DNA of 64,000 nt, from the NCBI GenBank assembly GCA_902573865.1, contig CACGLI010000002.1:20753-84752 (forward strand). The letters run 5' to 3'. The position numbers were made by a program, and so were the translations under genes. Shown in pieces: positions 9,217 to 19,941 of this stretch (positions within the stretch are counted from its first letter, which is position 1; each line of letters begins with the position of its first letter). The stretch is from an uncultured Pelagibacteraceae bacterium (lineage in GTDB: Bacteria; Pseudomonadota; Alphaproteobacteria; Pelagibacterales; Pelagibacteraceae). The notes beneath the pieces are model-generated. The model saw nothing but the letters and a program-made list of their open reading frames with translations, was not told the DNA's origin and did not search any database.

Positions 9217-11112
9217 ATGAATTTAAAAAATCTTGCAATGTGGGCTTTGATAGTTCTCCTTTCGGTGGGACTTTTCAATATATTTCAAAATCCTAAAAAC
9301 TCTATTAACACTAACAATCAAGTTACATTTTCAAAATTTCTTAATGAAGTCGAAGATGGAAGAGTTGTCGAGGTAAATATCCAAGGAAACAACATAACTG
9401 GAGTTTTATCAGACGGAAGCAAGTTTAAAACTTTTTCACCGAATTATCCAAATCTAGTAGAGAAACTTAGTGAAAAGGGTGTTAGCATCAATGCAAGTCC
9501 TTTAGAAGACAAAATGCCCTCCTTGCTTGGCATACTTTTATCATGGTTTCCAATGTTGTTATTAATTGGAGTTTGGATTTTTTTCATGCGACAAATGCAA
9601 GGTGGCAAAGGTGGCGCAATGGGTTTTGGTAGATCAAAAGCCAAGCTATTAAACGAGGCCCAAGGCAAAGTTACTTTTAATGATGTTGCTGGAGTCGAAG
9701 AAGCTAAAGAGGAAGTAGAAGAAATTGTTGAATTTTTAAAAGATCCTAAAAAATTTAGCAGGTTAGGGGGAAAAATCCCTAAAGGTGCTCTTTTAATTGG
9801 CCCCCCGGGCACAGGAAAAACTTTATTAGCTAAAGCCATTGCTGGAGAAGCTAATGTACCTTTTTTTTCTATTTCAGGTTCAGATTTCGTTGAGATGTTC
9901 GTAGGTGTTGGAGCTTCCAGGGTTAGGGACATGTTTGAGCAAGGAAAAAAACATGCTCCATGTATCATTTTTATTGATGAGATCGATGCCGTTGGAAGAA
10001 GTAGAGGAGCAGGTTTAGGTGGCGGTAATGACGAGAGAGAGCAAACTCTGAACCAATTATTAGTTGAAATGGATGGCTTTGATACAAATGAGGGAATAAT
10101 ATTAATCGCAGCAACAAACAGACCAGATGTTTTAGATCCAGCCTTACTTAGACCGGGAAGATTTGATAGACAGGTCGTTGTTGGTAATCCAGATATTATG
10201 GGCAGAGAAGCAATTCTAAAAGTTCATATAAAAAAAATTAATACTGGACCAGATGTTAAATTGAGAACCATTGCAAGAGGAACTCCAGGCTTTTCGGGAG
10301 CTGATCTTGCAAACTTAGTCAATGAGGCAGCTTTATTAGCAGCTAGAAAAAATAAAAGAGTTGTTACTATGTCAGATGTAGAAGAGGCGAAAGATAAGGT
10401 TATGATGGGAGCAGAAAGACGATCACTTGTAATGTCCGAAGATGAAAAAAAACTTACTGCTTACCATGAGGGGGGTCATGCAATTGTTGCGTTAAATGAG
10501 AAGGCTTCAGATCCGATCCATAAAGCGACTATAATTCCAAGGGGAAGAGCCCTAGGAATGGTGATGCGACTACCTGAAAGAGATCAATTGTCTGTTTCTA
10601 GAGAAAAAATGCATGCAGACATAGCTGTTGCTATGGGAGGAAGAATCGCAGAAGAATTAATTTTTGGCCATGACAAAGTAACTTCTGGAGCATCTTCAGA
10701 TATAGATATGGTAACTAAAATGGCAAAAAATATGGTTACAAAATATGGTATGAGCGAAGAACTTGGAACAATAGCCTATGGAGATAATGAAGAGGAAGTT
10801 TTCTTAGGAAGATCAGTTACTAAACAACAAAATATGTCAGAGGAAACTGCCAAAAAAGTTGATCTTGAAGTGAAAAAAATTGTTGATAAAGGCTATGCAA
10901 GAGCTAAAGAAGTTTTAACCTCAAAGATTGAAGATTTACATAAATTGTCCAAAGCACTTATGATTTATGAAACTTTAAGTGGTGACGAAATAAGAGACTT
11001 AATTTTAAAAGATATCAAGCCTACAAGATCATTTAAAACTGATGAAGAAAAAGATAATAAAGAAACTTCAGCGCTTGATACCATAGGCTTAAAACCTAAA
11101 CCAGCTATTTAA
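9217..11112 (+). CDS. ftsH: ATP-dependent zinc metalloprotease FtsH
   Basis: Two TM helices, GPPGTGKT Walker A, IFIDEID Walker B, HEGGH zinc motif. Confidence 0.98.
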   Translation: MNLKNLAMWALIVLLSVGLFNIFQNPKNSINTNNQVTFSKFLNEVEDGRVVEVNIQGNNITGVLSDGSKFKTFSPNYPNLVEKLSEKGVSINASPLEDKMPSLLGILLSWFPMLLLIGVWIFFMRQMQGGKGGAMGFGRSKAKLLNEAQGKVTFNDVAGVEEAKEEVEEIVEFLKDPKKFSRLGGKIPKGALLIGPPGTGKTLLAKAIAGEANVPFFSISGSDFVEMFVGVGASRVRDMFEQGKKHAPCIIFIDEIDAVGRSRGAGLGGGNDEREQTLNQLLVEMDGFDTNEGIILIAATNRPDVLDPALLRPGRFDRQVVVGNPDIMGREAILKVHIKKINTGPDVKLRTIARGTPGFSGADLANLVNEAALLAARKNKRVVTMSDVEEAKDKVMMGAERRSLVMSEDEKKLTAYHEGGHAIVALNEKASDPIHKATIIPRGRALGMVMRLPERDQLSVSREKMHADIAVAMGGRIAEELIFGHDKVTSGASSDIDMVTKMAKNMVTKYGMSEELGTIAYGDNEEEVFLGRSVTKQQNMSEETAKKVDLEVKKIVDKGYARAKEVLTSKIEDLHKLSKALMIYETLSGDEIRDLILKDIKPTRSFKTDEEKDNKETSALDTIGLKPKPAI

Positions 11113-11120
11113 TAGAAAAA

Positions 11121-12182
11121 ATGGAAAAATATTACACTAGAGCGTGTAATTTTTACCATGGAAAATTAGCAAAAAAACTAATCAAAAATAAACTAGCTTT
11201 ACCCCTGTGCGGAAAAAATGAAATCGCATTTGATCAATTAGAAATTTTTATAAGAAACAAATATAAAATTAAAACAAAAATTATTCATATTTCCAAAATA
11301 AGCTCTTTAAATAATAAATTAAAAATAAATGTTAAGCGAGCAATAAAAAAAATCATTAAGAGAAGAAAAAATTTTTTAAAACAAGTTAGTTTCTCGAAAA
11401 CTTCGATAATGGGAATATTAAACCTTACTCCTGATAGCTTTTCAGACGGTGGAAAATTTAATAGTAAAAAAAATTCAATAAAACATGTTCATAATTTAAT
11501 TGAAAGTGGAGCAGATATAATAGATATCGGAGGTGAGTCAACTCGACCAGGTTCAAAGACTATTCATCCAAAAATAGAGTGGAAACGTATTCAATTTATG
11601 GTAAAAAATTTTAAAAAAAAATTTAAAAATACATGTGTCTCAGTTGATACTAGAAAATCTGAAGTTATTCAGGAAGCTATAAAGCACAATGTTGACCTTA
11701 TAAATGATGTTTCAGGATTTAATTATAGTAACTTATCATTAAGCCTGGTTAATAGATATAAGAAATCAAAAGTCCTTCATCACATGCAGGGCACGCCAGA
11801 TACAATGCAAAAAAATCCTCAATATAAAAATGTTTTACTTGATATTTATGATTTTTTTGAAGATCAAATAAAGAAATTTAAGTATAAAAACATTATTATA
11901 GACCCTGGTATTGGGTTTGGTAAAAATTTGAAACATAATTTGAGTTTAATTTCTAAAATTTCTTTGTTTCACTCTCTAGGATTTCCAATTTTAGTTGGAA
12001 CCTCAAGAAAAAGATTTATAAATCAAATAGCAGGAAAATATGATAGTGAAGAGAGAATTGGAGGAACTTTATCGTCAATATTGTATTTACTTTCACAAGG
12101 AGTTCAAATTTTCAGGGTTCATAATGTAAGAGAAATAAAGCAAGGAATTTTAGTTTTTGAAAAAATTTTAGATGAAAAATAA
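11121..12182 (+). CDS. folP: Dihydropteroate synthase with N-terminal extension
   Basis: MGILNLTPDSFSDGG, GGESTRPG, DPGIGFGK, SRKRFI, RVHNV. Confidence 0.95.
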   Translation: MEKYYTRACNFYHGKLAKKLIKNKLALPLCGKNEIAFDQLEIFIRNKYKIKTKIIHISKISSLNNKLKINVKRAIKKIIKRRKNFLKQVSFSKTSIMGILNLTPDSFSDGGKFNSKKNSIKHVHNLIESGADIIDIGGESTRPGSKTIHPKIEWKRIQFMVKNFKKKFKNTCVSVDTRKSEVIQEAIKHNVDLINDVSGFNYSNLSLSLVNRYKKSKVLHHMQGTPDTMQKNPQYKNVLLDIYDFFEDQIKKFKYKNIIIDPGIGFGKNLKHNLSLISKISLFHSLGFPILVGTSRKRFINQIAGKYDSEERIGGTLSSILYLLSQGVQIFRVHNVREIKQGILVFEKILDEK

Positions 12183-13503
12183 ATATTTTGGAACTGATGG
12201 CATAAGAGGTAAAGTAAATTCTGGAATTATAACTGGTGAAAAATTTTTTAAATTTGGTCTTGCATCAGCAACTTATTTTAAAAATCAAAAAAAAAATAAA
12301 CAGGTTGCAATAATAGCAAAGGACACAAGACTTTCAGGATACTCATTAGAGCCAGCTTTAGTTTCTGGTCTAACATCAGGAGGTATGCACGTATTCACAC
12401 TTGGTCCACTTCCAACTAATGGTTTAGCAATGTTGACTAAAAAAATGAGAGCAAACATGGGAATTATGATCACAGCTTCTCATAATCCATATTATGATAA
12501 CGGACTTAAATTATTTGGTCCAGATGGGATGAAATTATCCGATAAAATAGAAAAAAAAATTGAAAGATTAATAGATTCAAAAAATAAAGATCAATTAGAA
12601 AACCCAAAAATATTAGGAAGGGTTAAAAGACTAGAAGATGGAAATGACCGATATATTTCAATATTAAAAAAAAATTTTCCCAAAAATTTTAATCTAAAGG
12701 GTTTAAAGATAGTTATTGATTGTGCTAATGGTGCCAGTTACAAAGCTGCTCCAAAACTTCTAAAAGAACTTGGAGCCAAAGTAATTTCTTTTGGCATTAA
12801 ACCAAATGGATTAAATATAAACGATAATTGTGGATCAATGTATCCAAATTATATTAAAGCCAAAGTCAAAAAATATAAAGCAAATATCGGCATATCTTTT
12901 GATGGTGACGCTGACAGAATAATTATGTGTGATGAAAAAGGAAAAATTATCGATGGAGATCAAATTATCGCAATGATAGCTAGGAGATGGAAGCTTAAAA
13001 AAATTTTGAAAGGCGGTGTAATTGGTACTTTAATGTCAAATTTAGGTTTGGAATATTATTTAAAAAATCAAAAAATTAAATTTAAAAGATCTAAAGTTGG
13101 CGATAGGTATGTAAAAGAAAAAATGAAGAAATATAATTTCAATTTAGGTGGAGAACAGTCTGGACATATAATATTAGGAAAATTTGCTACAACTGGTGAC
13201 GGATTGTTAGTTGCACTAGAAGTTTTATACTCCCTAAAAAAAGGGGTTGCAGCCAGCAAGTTGTTCAATATTTTTAAACCTGTACCGCAGACACTAGAAA
13301 ATATTATTGTTAAAAATAAAGAAATCATTAAAAGCGCAAAGTGTAAAAACATTATAAAACAAACTATCAAAATTATGGGTAATAAAGGAAGAATTTTGGT
13401 AAGAAAATCTGGAACAGAACCTAAAATTAGAGTAATGGCCGAGTCTTATGATAAAATTTTAATAAAAAAATGTATTTTAAAATTAAGAAAGACTATTAAA
13501 TAA
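12172..13503 (+). CDS. glmM: Phosphoglucosamine mutase
   Basis: FGTDGIRG, TASHNP, FDGDADR, GGEQSGH, SGTEP. Confidence 0.96.
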   Translation: MKNKYFGTDGIRGKVNSGIITGEKFFKFGLASATYFKNQKKNKQVAIIAKDTRLSGYSLEPALVSGLTSGGMHVFTLGPLPTNGLAMLTKKMRANMGIMITASHNPYYDNGLKLFGPDGMKLSDKIEKKIERLIDSKNKDQLENPKILGRVKRLEDGNDRYISILKKNFPKNFNLKGLKIVIDCANGASYKAAPKLLKELGAKVISFGIKPNGLNINDNCGSMYPNYIKAKVKKYKANIGISFDGDADRIIMCDEKGKIIDGDQIIAMIARRWKLKKILKGGVIGTLMSNLGLEYYLKNQKIKFKRSKVGDRYVKEKMKKYNFNLGGEQSGHIILGKFATTGDGLLVALEVLYSLKKGVAASKLFNIFKPVPQTLENIIVKNKEIIKSAKCKNIIKQTIKIMGNKGRILVRKSGTEPKIRVMAESYDKILIKKCILKLRKTIK

Positions 13504-13504
13504 A

Positions 13505-14314
13505 TTGAAACCAAAATCTAAGATTTTAATTATAGCTGGATCCGATTCTTCAGGAGGTGCAGGAATTCAGGCAGATATTAAAACTGTTACATCATTAGGC
13601 AGTTATGCTATGACAGCAATTACAGCAGTAACTTCACAAAACACTTCTGGCGTTTTTTCAGTTGTTCCAATCAAACCTGCGGAAATAAAGAAACAAATAT
13701 TGATAACTTGCAAAGATATAAGACCTGATGCCATAAAGATAGGAATGTTACACTCTTCAAAAGTAATAGATGAAGTTTTAAGAGCAATAAAAAATTGTAA
13801 AATAAAAAAAATAATTATTGATCCAGTGATGATTGCGAAGGGAGGACAACCACTTATAAATGATAATGCTGTTGTGAAATTAAAAAAGATTATTAAAATT
13901 TCTAGCTTGGTCACACCAAATATTCCAGAAGCGGAAATTTTATCAGGTACGAAGATTAATAATACCAGCGATATGATAACGGCAGCAAAAAAATTGCTTA
14001 AATTAGGAGCAAAAAATATTTTAATTAAAGGCGGTCACATGAAAGGAAAAAAAGTAAATGATATATTTTTAAATAAAAAAGAGTTTAAAATATTTATGAA
14101 CAAAAGAATTAGATCAAAGAATACTCACGGCACAGGATGTAGTTTATCAAGTGCGATAGCAACTTATTTTTCGTGTGGAAAAAAAATTAAAAAATCGTGT
14201 GAGTTAGGAATAAAATATGTTAATGAAGCGATAAATAATAATGTAAATTATGGTAAAGGGCATGGCCCTATTAATCATTTAGTTTCATTTGATTTGAAAA
14301 GAGGTTTTAATTAA
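13505..14314 (+). CDS. thiD: Hydroxymethylpyrimidine/phosphomethylpyrimidine kinase (TTG start)
   Basis: [28 protein letters not shown]. Confidence 0.95.
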   Translation: MKPKSKILIIAGSDSSGGAGIQADIKTVTSLGSYAMTAITAVTSQNTSGVFSVVPIKPAEIKKQILITCKDIRPDAIKIGMLHSSKVIDEVLRAIKNCKIKKIIIDPVMIAKGGQPLINDNAVVKLKKIIKISSLVTPNIPEAEILSGTKINNTSDMITAAKKLLKLGAKNILIKGGHMKGKKVNDIFLNKKEFKIFMNKRIRSKNTHGTGCSLSSAIATYFSCGKKIKKSCELGIKYVNEAINNNVNYGKGHGPINHLVSFDLKRGFN

Positions 14315-15606
14315 TGAAAAATGTAGTTGTAGTAGGTTCTCAATGGGGTGACGAAGGCAAAGGTAAAATTGTGGACTGGTTGTCAAGTTTAGCAGATGTT
14401 GTTGTTAGATTTCAAGGTGGTCATAACGCGGGCCATACACTCGTTATTGATGGCAAAACTTACAAACTAAAATTATTACCTTCAGGAATAGTAAGACAGA
14501 ATAAAATTTCAGTAATAGGTAATGGTGTGGTAGTAGATCCTTGGGCATTGCTAGAAGAGATAAATTCTATTGAAAAACTTGGAGTCAAAGTGAACTCCAA
14601 TAATCTTATATTATCAGAGTCCGCAACATTAATATTACCATTTCATAAAGAAATGGACGAAATAAGAGAGGATACCGCTGGTAAGGCCAAGATAGGAACT
14701 ACTAGAAGAGGCATTGGTCCTGCGTACGAAGATAAAGTTGGTCGAAGGTCAATTAGAGTTATGGATTTAAGGTCAGAAAATAATTTAAACCAAAGACTAG
14801 ATGCTGTTTTAATGCACCACAACGCTATTAGAAAAGGATTGGGAAAAAGAGTATATGAAAAAAATAAGTTAAAAAATGAGCTAATGAAGATAGCAGATAA
14901 AATTCTCAAATTTGCAAAACCAACTTGGAAGATATTGGATAATTATAAAAATTTAGGAAAAAAAATATTATTTGAAGGAGCTCAAGGAATACTTTTAGAT
15001 GTTGATCATGGTACCTATCCATTTGTTACGTCATCTAACACTGTAGCAGCAAGTGCTTCGATAGGTTCAGGGTGTGGGCCAAATTCTTTAGGTTATGTTT
15101 TAGGTATAACAAAAGCATATACCACCAGAGTCGGCGAAGGTCCATTCCCAACCGAACTGACCGATGATATCGGTGCTCTTTTAGGCAGTAGAGGTAATGA
15201 ATTTGGAACAGTTACTAATAGACAAAGAAGATGTGGCTGGTTCGACTCTGTTTTGGTTAGACAAACATGTAAAATTTCTGGAATAAACGGGATTGCTCTT
15301 ACTAAGCTCGATGTTTTAGATGAGCTGGAGGAAATAAAAATTTGTATACAATACGAATTAAACGGAAGAAAAATTGATTATCTCCCTGCAGCAGTTGAAG
15401 ATCAAATTAAAGTAAAACCTGTTTATAAAACATTAAAGGGTTGGAAAACCTCGACAAAAGGCCTTAAGGAAAATAAGAAATTACCTTTAAATGCTAAGAA
15501 ATATATCAAAGAAATAGAGAATTTGACTGGAGTAAAAATCGCGAGTATATCAACAAGTCCTGAGCGAGAAGACACCATTTTAATTGAAAATCCGTTTAGT
15601 AATTAA
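14314..15606 (+). CDS. purA: Adenylosuccinate synthetase
   Basis: [33 protein letters not shown]. Confidence 0.98.
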   Translation: MKNVVVVGSQWGDEGKGKIVDWLSSLADVVVRFQGGHNAGHTLVIDGKTYKLKLLPSGIVRQNKISVIGNGVVVDPWALLEEINSIEKLGVKVNSNNLILSESATLILPFHKEMDEIREDTAGKAKIGTTRRGIGPAYEDKVGRRSIRVMDLRSENNLNQRLDAVLMHHNAIRKGLGKRVYEKNKLKNELMKIADKILKFAKPTWKILDNYKNLGKKILFEGAQGILLDVDHGTYPFVTSSNTVAASASIGSGCGPNSLGYVLGITKAYTTRVGEGPFPTELTDDIGALLGSRGNEFGTVTNRQRRCGWFDSVLVRQTCKISGINGIALTKLDVLDELEEIKICIQYELNGRKIDYLPAAVEDQIKVKPVYKTLKGWKTSTKGLKENKKLPLNAKKYIKEIENLTGVKIASISTSPEREDTILIENPFSN

Positions 15607-16496
15607 TTTGAAGGCAACAAATTTTTTGACTTATTAGAATTTATCATCGCCTTTTGTAATTTTTCAAAAGCTTTTGTCTCAATTTGCCTTATTCTCTCTC
15701 TACTGATTTTATATTTTTTACTCAATTCATCTAGTGTTCTAGGAGTTTCACTTAATCGCCTGGCTTCTAAAATCTTTTTTTCTCTTTCATTTAAAATTCC
15801 GATTGATTTGTAAAGTAATTCTTTTTTATCTTCAAGTTCCTGTTTTTGAGATGCCAATAATTCTTGATCCATACCTTCATCTACTAACCAGTCTTGCCAT
15901 TCTGTATTCTCTCCGTCCTTAATTGGATCATTAAGAGATTTTTCCTGACCCATCAGTCTTCTATTCATGTTAATTACTTCATTTTTATCTACATCTAATC
16001 TCTTTGATATTTCATTTACCTGACTATCTTTCAAGTCACCTTCTTGGTTAGGGGCTATTTGTTTTTTAATTTTCTTTAAATTAAAAAATAGTTTTTTTTG
16101 AGCCGCTGTTGTGCCCATTTTTACTAGACTCCAAGATTTTAAAACATATTCCTGTATAGCTGCTTTTATCCACCACATAGCATAAGTTGCTAATCTAAAA
16201 CCTTTATCTGGGTCAAATTTTTTTACTGCTTGCATTAAACCGATGTTACCTTCAGAAATGATTTCATTCATTGGTAACCCGTAACCTCTGTACCCCATAG
16301 CTATTTTTGCTACTAATCTCAAATGACTTGTAACTAATTTATGGGCAGATTTTAAATTACCGTTATCTCTCCAATTTTTTGCTAGCATGTATTCCTCCTC
16401 AGCATCAAGCATTGGAAACTTTTTTATTTGAGAGAGATAAATTGAAAGCCCTCCTGAGTTAGGTATTGGTAAATTATTTAAATTTTTTTTACTCAT
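15603..16496 (-). CDS. rpoH: RNA polymerase sigma factor RpoH (sigma32)
   Basis: RpoH box [26 protein letters not shown]. Confidence 0.96.
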   Translation of the reverse strand: MSKKNLNNLPIPNSGGLSIYLSQIKKFPMLDAEEEYMLAKNWRDNGNLKSAHKLVTSHLRLVAKIAMGYRGYGLPMNEIISEGNIGLMQAVKKFDPDKGFRLATYAMWWIKAAIQEYVLKSWSLVKMGTTAAQKKLFFNLKKIKKQIAPNQEGDLKDSQVNEISKRLDVDKNEVINMNRRLMGQEKSLNDPIKDGENTEWQDWLVDEGMDQELLASQKQELEDKKELLYKSIGILNEREKKILEARRLSETPRTLDELSKKYKISRERIRQIETKAFEKLQKAMINSNKSKNLLPSN

Positions 16497-16526
16497 TCGA
16501 CCTGTTTATATATAAATGCGTAAATT

Positions 16527-17510
16527 TCAATTACTAAGTTTCTCAAGTAAATCATGTATATTTTGAAACACTTTCGGAGGTTTACTCTCAAATTTTAAAA
16601 ATTTTTGGCTTTTAGGATGAATAAATCCTAGCTCACATGCGTGTAAAAGTTGACCATTTAGACTTAAAATTTGTTTTTCAAATTCCTGATTAATTTTCTT
16701 AAATTTAACCTTTTTTTTTCCGTAAATTTTATCTCCTAAAATATTAGTTTTTTTATAATTCATATGCACACGTATTTGATGGGTTCTACCAGTCTCAAGT
16801 GCAAATTTTATTAAACTAATTTTGGGTATGTCGTAAGATTGAAAAACTTTTATTGTGTTGTAATTGGTAATTGCTTTTTTTCCTCTGATTTCATTAGTTA
16901 TCATTTTTTGTCTGTTTCGATCATCTCTTTTTATTAATGTTGAAATTTTTCCATTTAAAGGACGTAGTACGCCCCAAACTAATGCTAAATATTTTCTTAA
17001 TATACTGTGTTTTGAAAATTGATCTGAAAGTTTTTGGTGGGAGATATTATCTTTTGCCACAACAATTAATCCACTGGTTTCTTTATCAATTCTATGAACT
17101 ATTCCTGGTCTATCGTTACCACTTAATGTTGATAAAGTATTTTCAAATTTATGTATAAGAGCATTAACTAATGTATCTTTTTTGTTTCCTGCCCCTGGAT
17201 GAACTACCATCCCAGCTTCCTTATCTATTACAAGTAAACTTTCATCCTCATAAACTATTTTAATTGGCAAATTACTTGGTATTATTTTTAATTCAGACTT
17301 TGTTAAAATTTGAACCTGAACTTTATCTTTATTTTTCAATTTTTTTGAGGAAGAATATTCTTGAATTCCGTTTAAATTCACCAATCCTTGATCTATAAAT
17401 TTTTTTATACTTGATCTTGAAATTGGGTTCATTTTTGACTTGAGAAACAAGTCCAGCCTGTCAAGCTCATCATCTTTATTCACTAAAAATTCTATTGTTT
17501 TATCATTCAT
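16527..17510 (-). CDS. rluD: RluA/RluD family pseudouridine synthase
   Basis: S4 domain, GIVHRIDKETSG, ETGRTHQIRVH; upstream of rpoH as usual in Alphaproteobacteria. Confidence 0.9.
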   Translation of the reverse strand: MNDKTIEFLVNKDDELDRLDLFLKSKMNPISRSSIKKFIDQGLVNLNGIQEYSSSKKLKNKDKVQVQILTKSELKIIPSNLPIKIVYEDESLLVIDKEAGMVVHPGAGNKKDTLVNALIHKFENTLSTLSGNDRPGIVHRIDKETSGLIVVAKDNISHQKLSDQFSKHSILRKYLALVWGVLRPLNGKISTLIKRDDRNRQKMITNEIRGKKAITNYNTIKVFQSYDIPKISLIKFALETGRTHQIRVHMNYKKTNILGDKIYGKKKVKFKKINQEFEKQILSLNGQLLHACELGFIHPKSQKFLKFESKPPKVFQNIHDLLEKLSN

Positions 17511-17531
17511 TTTAAATTAATTATAATTTAT

Positions 17532-17608
17532 GCGCTTGTAGCTCAACTGGATAGAGCGTCTGACTTCGGATCAGAAGGTTGAGGGTTCAACTCCTTCCAG
17601 GCGCACCA
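17532..17608 (+). tRNA. tRNA-Arg, anticodon UCG
   Basis: 77-nt cloverleaf gcgcttg...caggcgc-a-cca; anticodon arm tctga-cTTCGGa-tcaga (loop cttcgga, anticodon TCG); GGTTCAACTCC T arm. Confidence 0.95.
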
Positions 17609-17612
17609 AATT

Positions 17613-18428
17613 TCATATAATCCAATCTTTAAATTTTACTTTATTCTCAGCAATATAATCTGGAAAAGTGTCATCAATAATTACTTTAACATAATTGTAA
17701 TTTCTATCAAAAATATCTTTGTTTTCTCTTATCCTTTTTTCTATATTTTCAATATTGGTAAATTTTTCCAGGTTCAGCTCTTGATGAACAAAAGATTTAA
17801 TTTTTTTTGAAATATTTTTAGAGTCTTTTAAAAAACTGAAGTGCCATCCACCGTTATAAATCAGTTGTGGCTGTTTAGGCTTAAAAAATTTCCAAAAAGG
17901 TCTTTTTTTAATTTTGATATCCCTTAACCATTGCGGTGATCGTAAATTCTTTTTTTGACATATCTTTGTTCCTGGCCATTCTTTAATATCTTTATTTAAA
18001 AGATTTATTTTGGTTTGCAAGTTCATCTGCATAAAACATCCATAAATATTTTCTAATTTAAAATTATTTATTACTTTTGGATTCGGTATCTCATCTATAT
18101 CTGAGATCATTATTAAATCATCGTCAGAAGATTCTAAATAACCTAATTCTAGTTTATTCCTATGCGCATTTTCAGTGTGCCACTCAGATCTCCAATTTTT
18201 TTTAAAAAAATTTTTAGTCACTGGAAGGTCATCTATTACAATATAATGAATTTTGTCTTTAAATTTTGAAAAATTTTTTATATCAAAATTTAGATTTTTT
18301 AAATTTCCGGCGTGATCTTGTTTTGCTTCTACAATAACAAATTTATCAACATCATTTTTAAGAACATTTAACCTTATATCTAAAACCAAGTCTTCATCAA
18401 AATACATAAAACAATCAACCAGTTTCAT
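17613..18428 (-). CDS. Glycosyltransferase family 17 (MGAT3-like) protein
   Basis: VDCFMYFDE..L.IRL, VDKFVIVEA, ISDIDEIP (DxD), GGWHFSF. Confidence 0.75.
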   Translation of the reverse strand: MKLVDCFMYFDEDLVLDIRLNVLKNDVDKFVIVEAKQDHAGNLKNLNFDIKNFSKFKDKIHYIVIDDLPVTKNFFKKNWRSEWHTENAHRNKLELGYLESSDDDLIMISDIDEIPNPKVINNFKLENIYGCFMQMNLQTKINLLNKDIKEWPGTKICQKKNLRSPQWLRDIKIKKRPFWKFFKPKQPQLIYNGGWHFSFLKDSKNISKKIKSFVHQELNLEKFTNIENIEKRIRENKDIFDRNYNYVKVIIDDTFPDYIAENKVKFKDWII

Positions 18429-19219
18429 TACTCTCCCATATTAATTAATGTTCCCCTTACTCTTGCACCAAAGTAAGCCAAATAAAAAATAAAAACACCG
18501 AAAGTAAAATAAAGTAGTGATATTAAAAAGCCTTTCATGATCGGAAGATAACTAACTGTATTATTCATGAGTATGTTTCTCATTTCTTCAAATAAATGAA
18601 CTAAAGGCAAAGCGTTAGCAATTACTCGCAACCATTCAGGTAATATTTCAACTGGATAGTAAATACATCCTAAGGGCGCTAAAAAGAATAAACTGGCCCA
18701 TGCAATATTCTCAAAAGATGGTCCAAATCTTATTAATCCAGCAGTTACTAACAATCCAAGAGTTACTCCAAATATATAAAGACTAATAAGTAAAAATATC
18801 AAAGCTGGACCTACGGAAAAAATAGATACCCCAAATAGAGGAATGGCGATTAATGAAGCCGGAACCATTCCGATTAAAGTTCTAAAAATAGCGGTCAAAG
18901 TTAATGCAGCAATAATCTCACTTATCTTTATTGGAGAAATAAATAAATTTGTGAAGTTTCTGCTCCAAATTTCCTCAAGGAACATCATATTATAACTAAT
19001 GCTAGATCTAAAAAGAAAATCATAGAGTATTGCTGCAGTTAGAATTACCCCCACAGTGTTATTATAGTAAGTTGAATTTAGAGTAAAAAACTTTGAAATA
19101 AAGCCCCATAAAAAAATTTGTATAGTCGGCCAATATAGAAGATCCAATAATCTTGGAAAAGAACTTTTAATTAAAAAAATATGTCTTAAACTAAGTGCGT
19201 ATATCTTACTTAAATTCAT
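18428..19219 (-). CDS. ABC-2 type transporter permease
   Basis: About six TM helices, EEIWSRN, YYPVEILPEWL; coupled to the ATPase gene. Confidence 0.9.
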   Translation of the reverse strand: MNLSKIYALSLRHIFLIKSSFPRLLDLLYWPTIQIFLWGFISKFFTLNSTYYNNTVGVILTAAILYDFLFRSSISYNMMFLEEIWSRNFTNLFISPIKISEIIAALTLTAIFRTLIGMVPASLIAIPLFGVSIFSVGPALIFLLISLYIFGVTLGLLVTAGLIRFGPSFENIAWASLFFLAPLGCIYYPVEILPEWLRVIANALPLVHLFEEMRNILMNNTVSYLPIMKGFLISLLYFTFGVFIFYLAYFGARVRGTLINMGE

Positions 19220-19941
19220 TATTTACCTCTAGCTATTTTTAAAAATGTTTCTTCTAAATTAGATCTACCATGTTTCTTTATAAGTTGATTACAAGTGCCC
19301 TCATCAACAAGACTACCATTTTTCATCATAATAACTTCATCGCATAATCTTTCAACTTCTGACATGTTATGTGAAGCCAATAAAATAGTAACATTCTTAT
19401 TTTTTTTATATTTTTCAAGATAACCCCTTATAAAGTCACCTATATCTGGATCTAAGCTAGCGGTAGGTTCATCAAGTAGTAAAAGCTTAGGTTCATTTAT
19501 TAGGGATTTCGCAAGAGAGACACGATTTTTTTGTCCAGAGGATAATTCTCCTGTTTTTTTTCCAATAAATTTTTTTAAATCTAAATCATTAGCAATTTGA
19601 TCAATAGAATTTTCTATGTCTCTTACACCGTAAAGTCTCGCAAATATTTCAAGGTTTTGTCTTACTGTTAGTTTTTTTGGTAGCTCAATGTAAGGAGAGG
19701 CAAAATTTATTTTTTCAAGTAATTTAATTCTGTCATTTTTATTTATGTCTAGTCCATCAATATATATTTCACCTTTTGATGGTTTAATTAAACCTAGGAT
19801 CATACCAATAGTAGTTGTTTTTCCACAACCGTTTGGTCCAAGCAATCCTAAAGTAGAATTTTCTGAAATATTAAAATTTATTCCATTTACTGCAATTTTA
19901 TTTTCAAATTTTTTGTATAAATTTTTTATTTTTACATTCAT
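19219..19941 (-). CDS. ABC transporter ATP-binding protein
   Basis: GPNGCGKTT, LSSGQ, LLLLDEPT, SH switch. Confidence 0.95.
   Translation of the reverse strand: MNVKIKNLYKKFENKIAVNGINFNISENSTLGLLGPNGCGKTTTIGMILGLIKPSKGEIYIDGLDINKNDRIKLLEKINFASPYIELPKKLTVRQNLEIFARLYGVRDIENSIDQIANDLDLKKFIGKKTGELSSGQKNRVSLAKSLINEPKLLLLDEPTASLDPDIGDFIRGYLEKYKKNKNVTILLASHNMSEVERLCDEVIMMKNGSLVDEGTCNQLIKKHGRSNLEETFLKIARGK

Noticed and set aside
17590-17612. tRNA-Arg and tRNA-Leu 3' ends as integration sites
   Set aside because: No integrase nearby and I saw no duplicated tRNA 3' end (checked by eye only).
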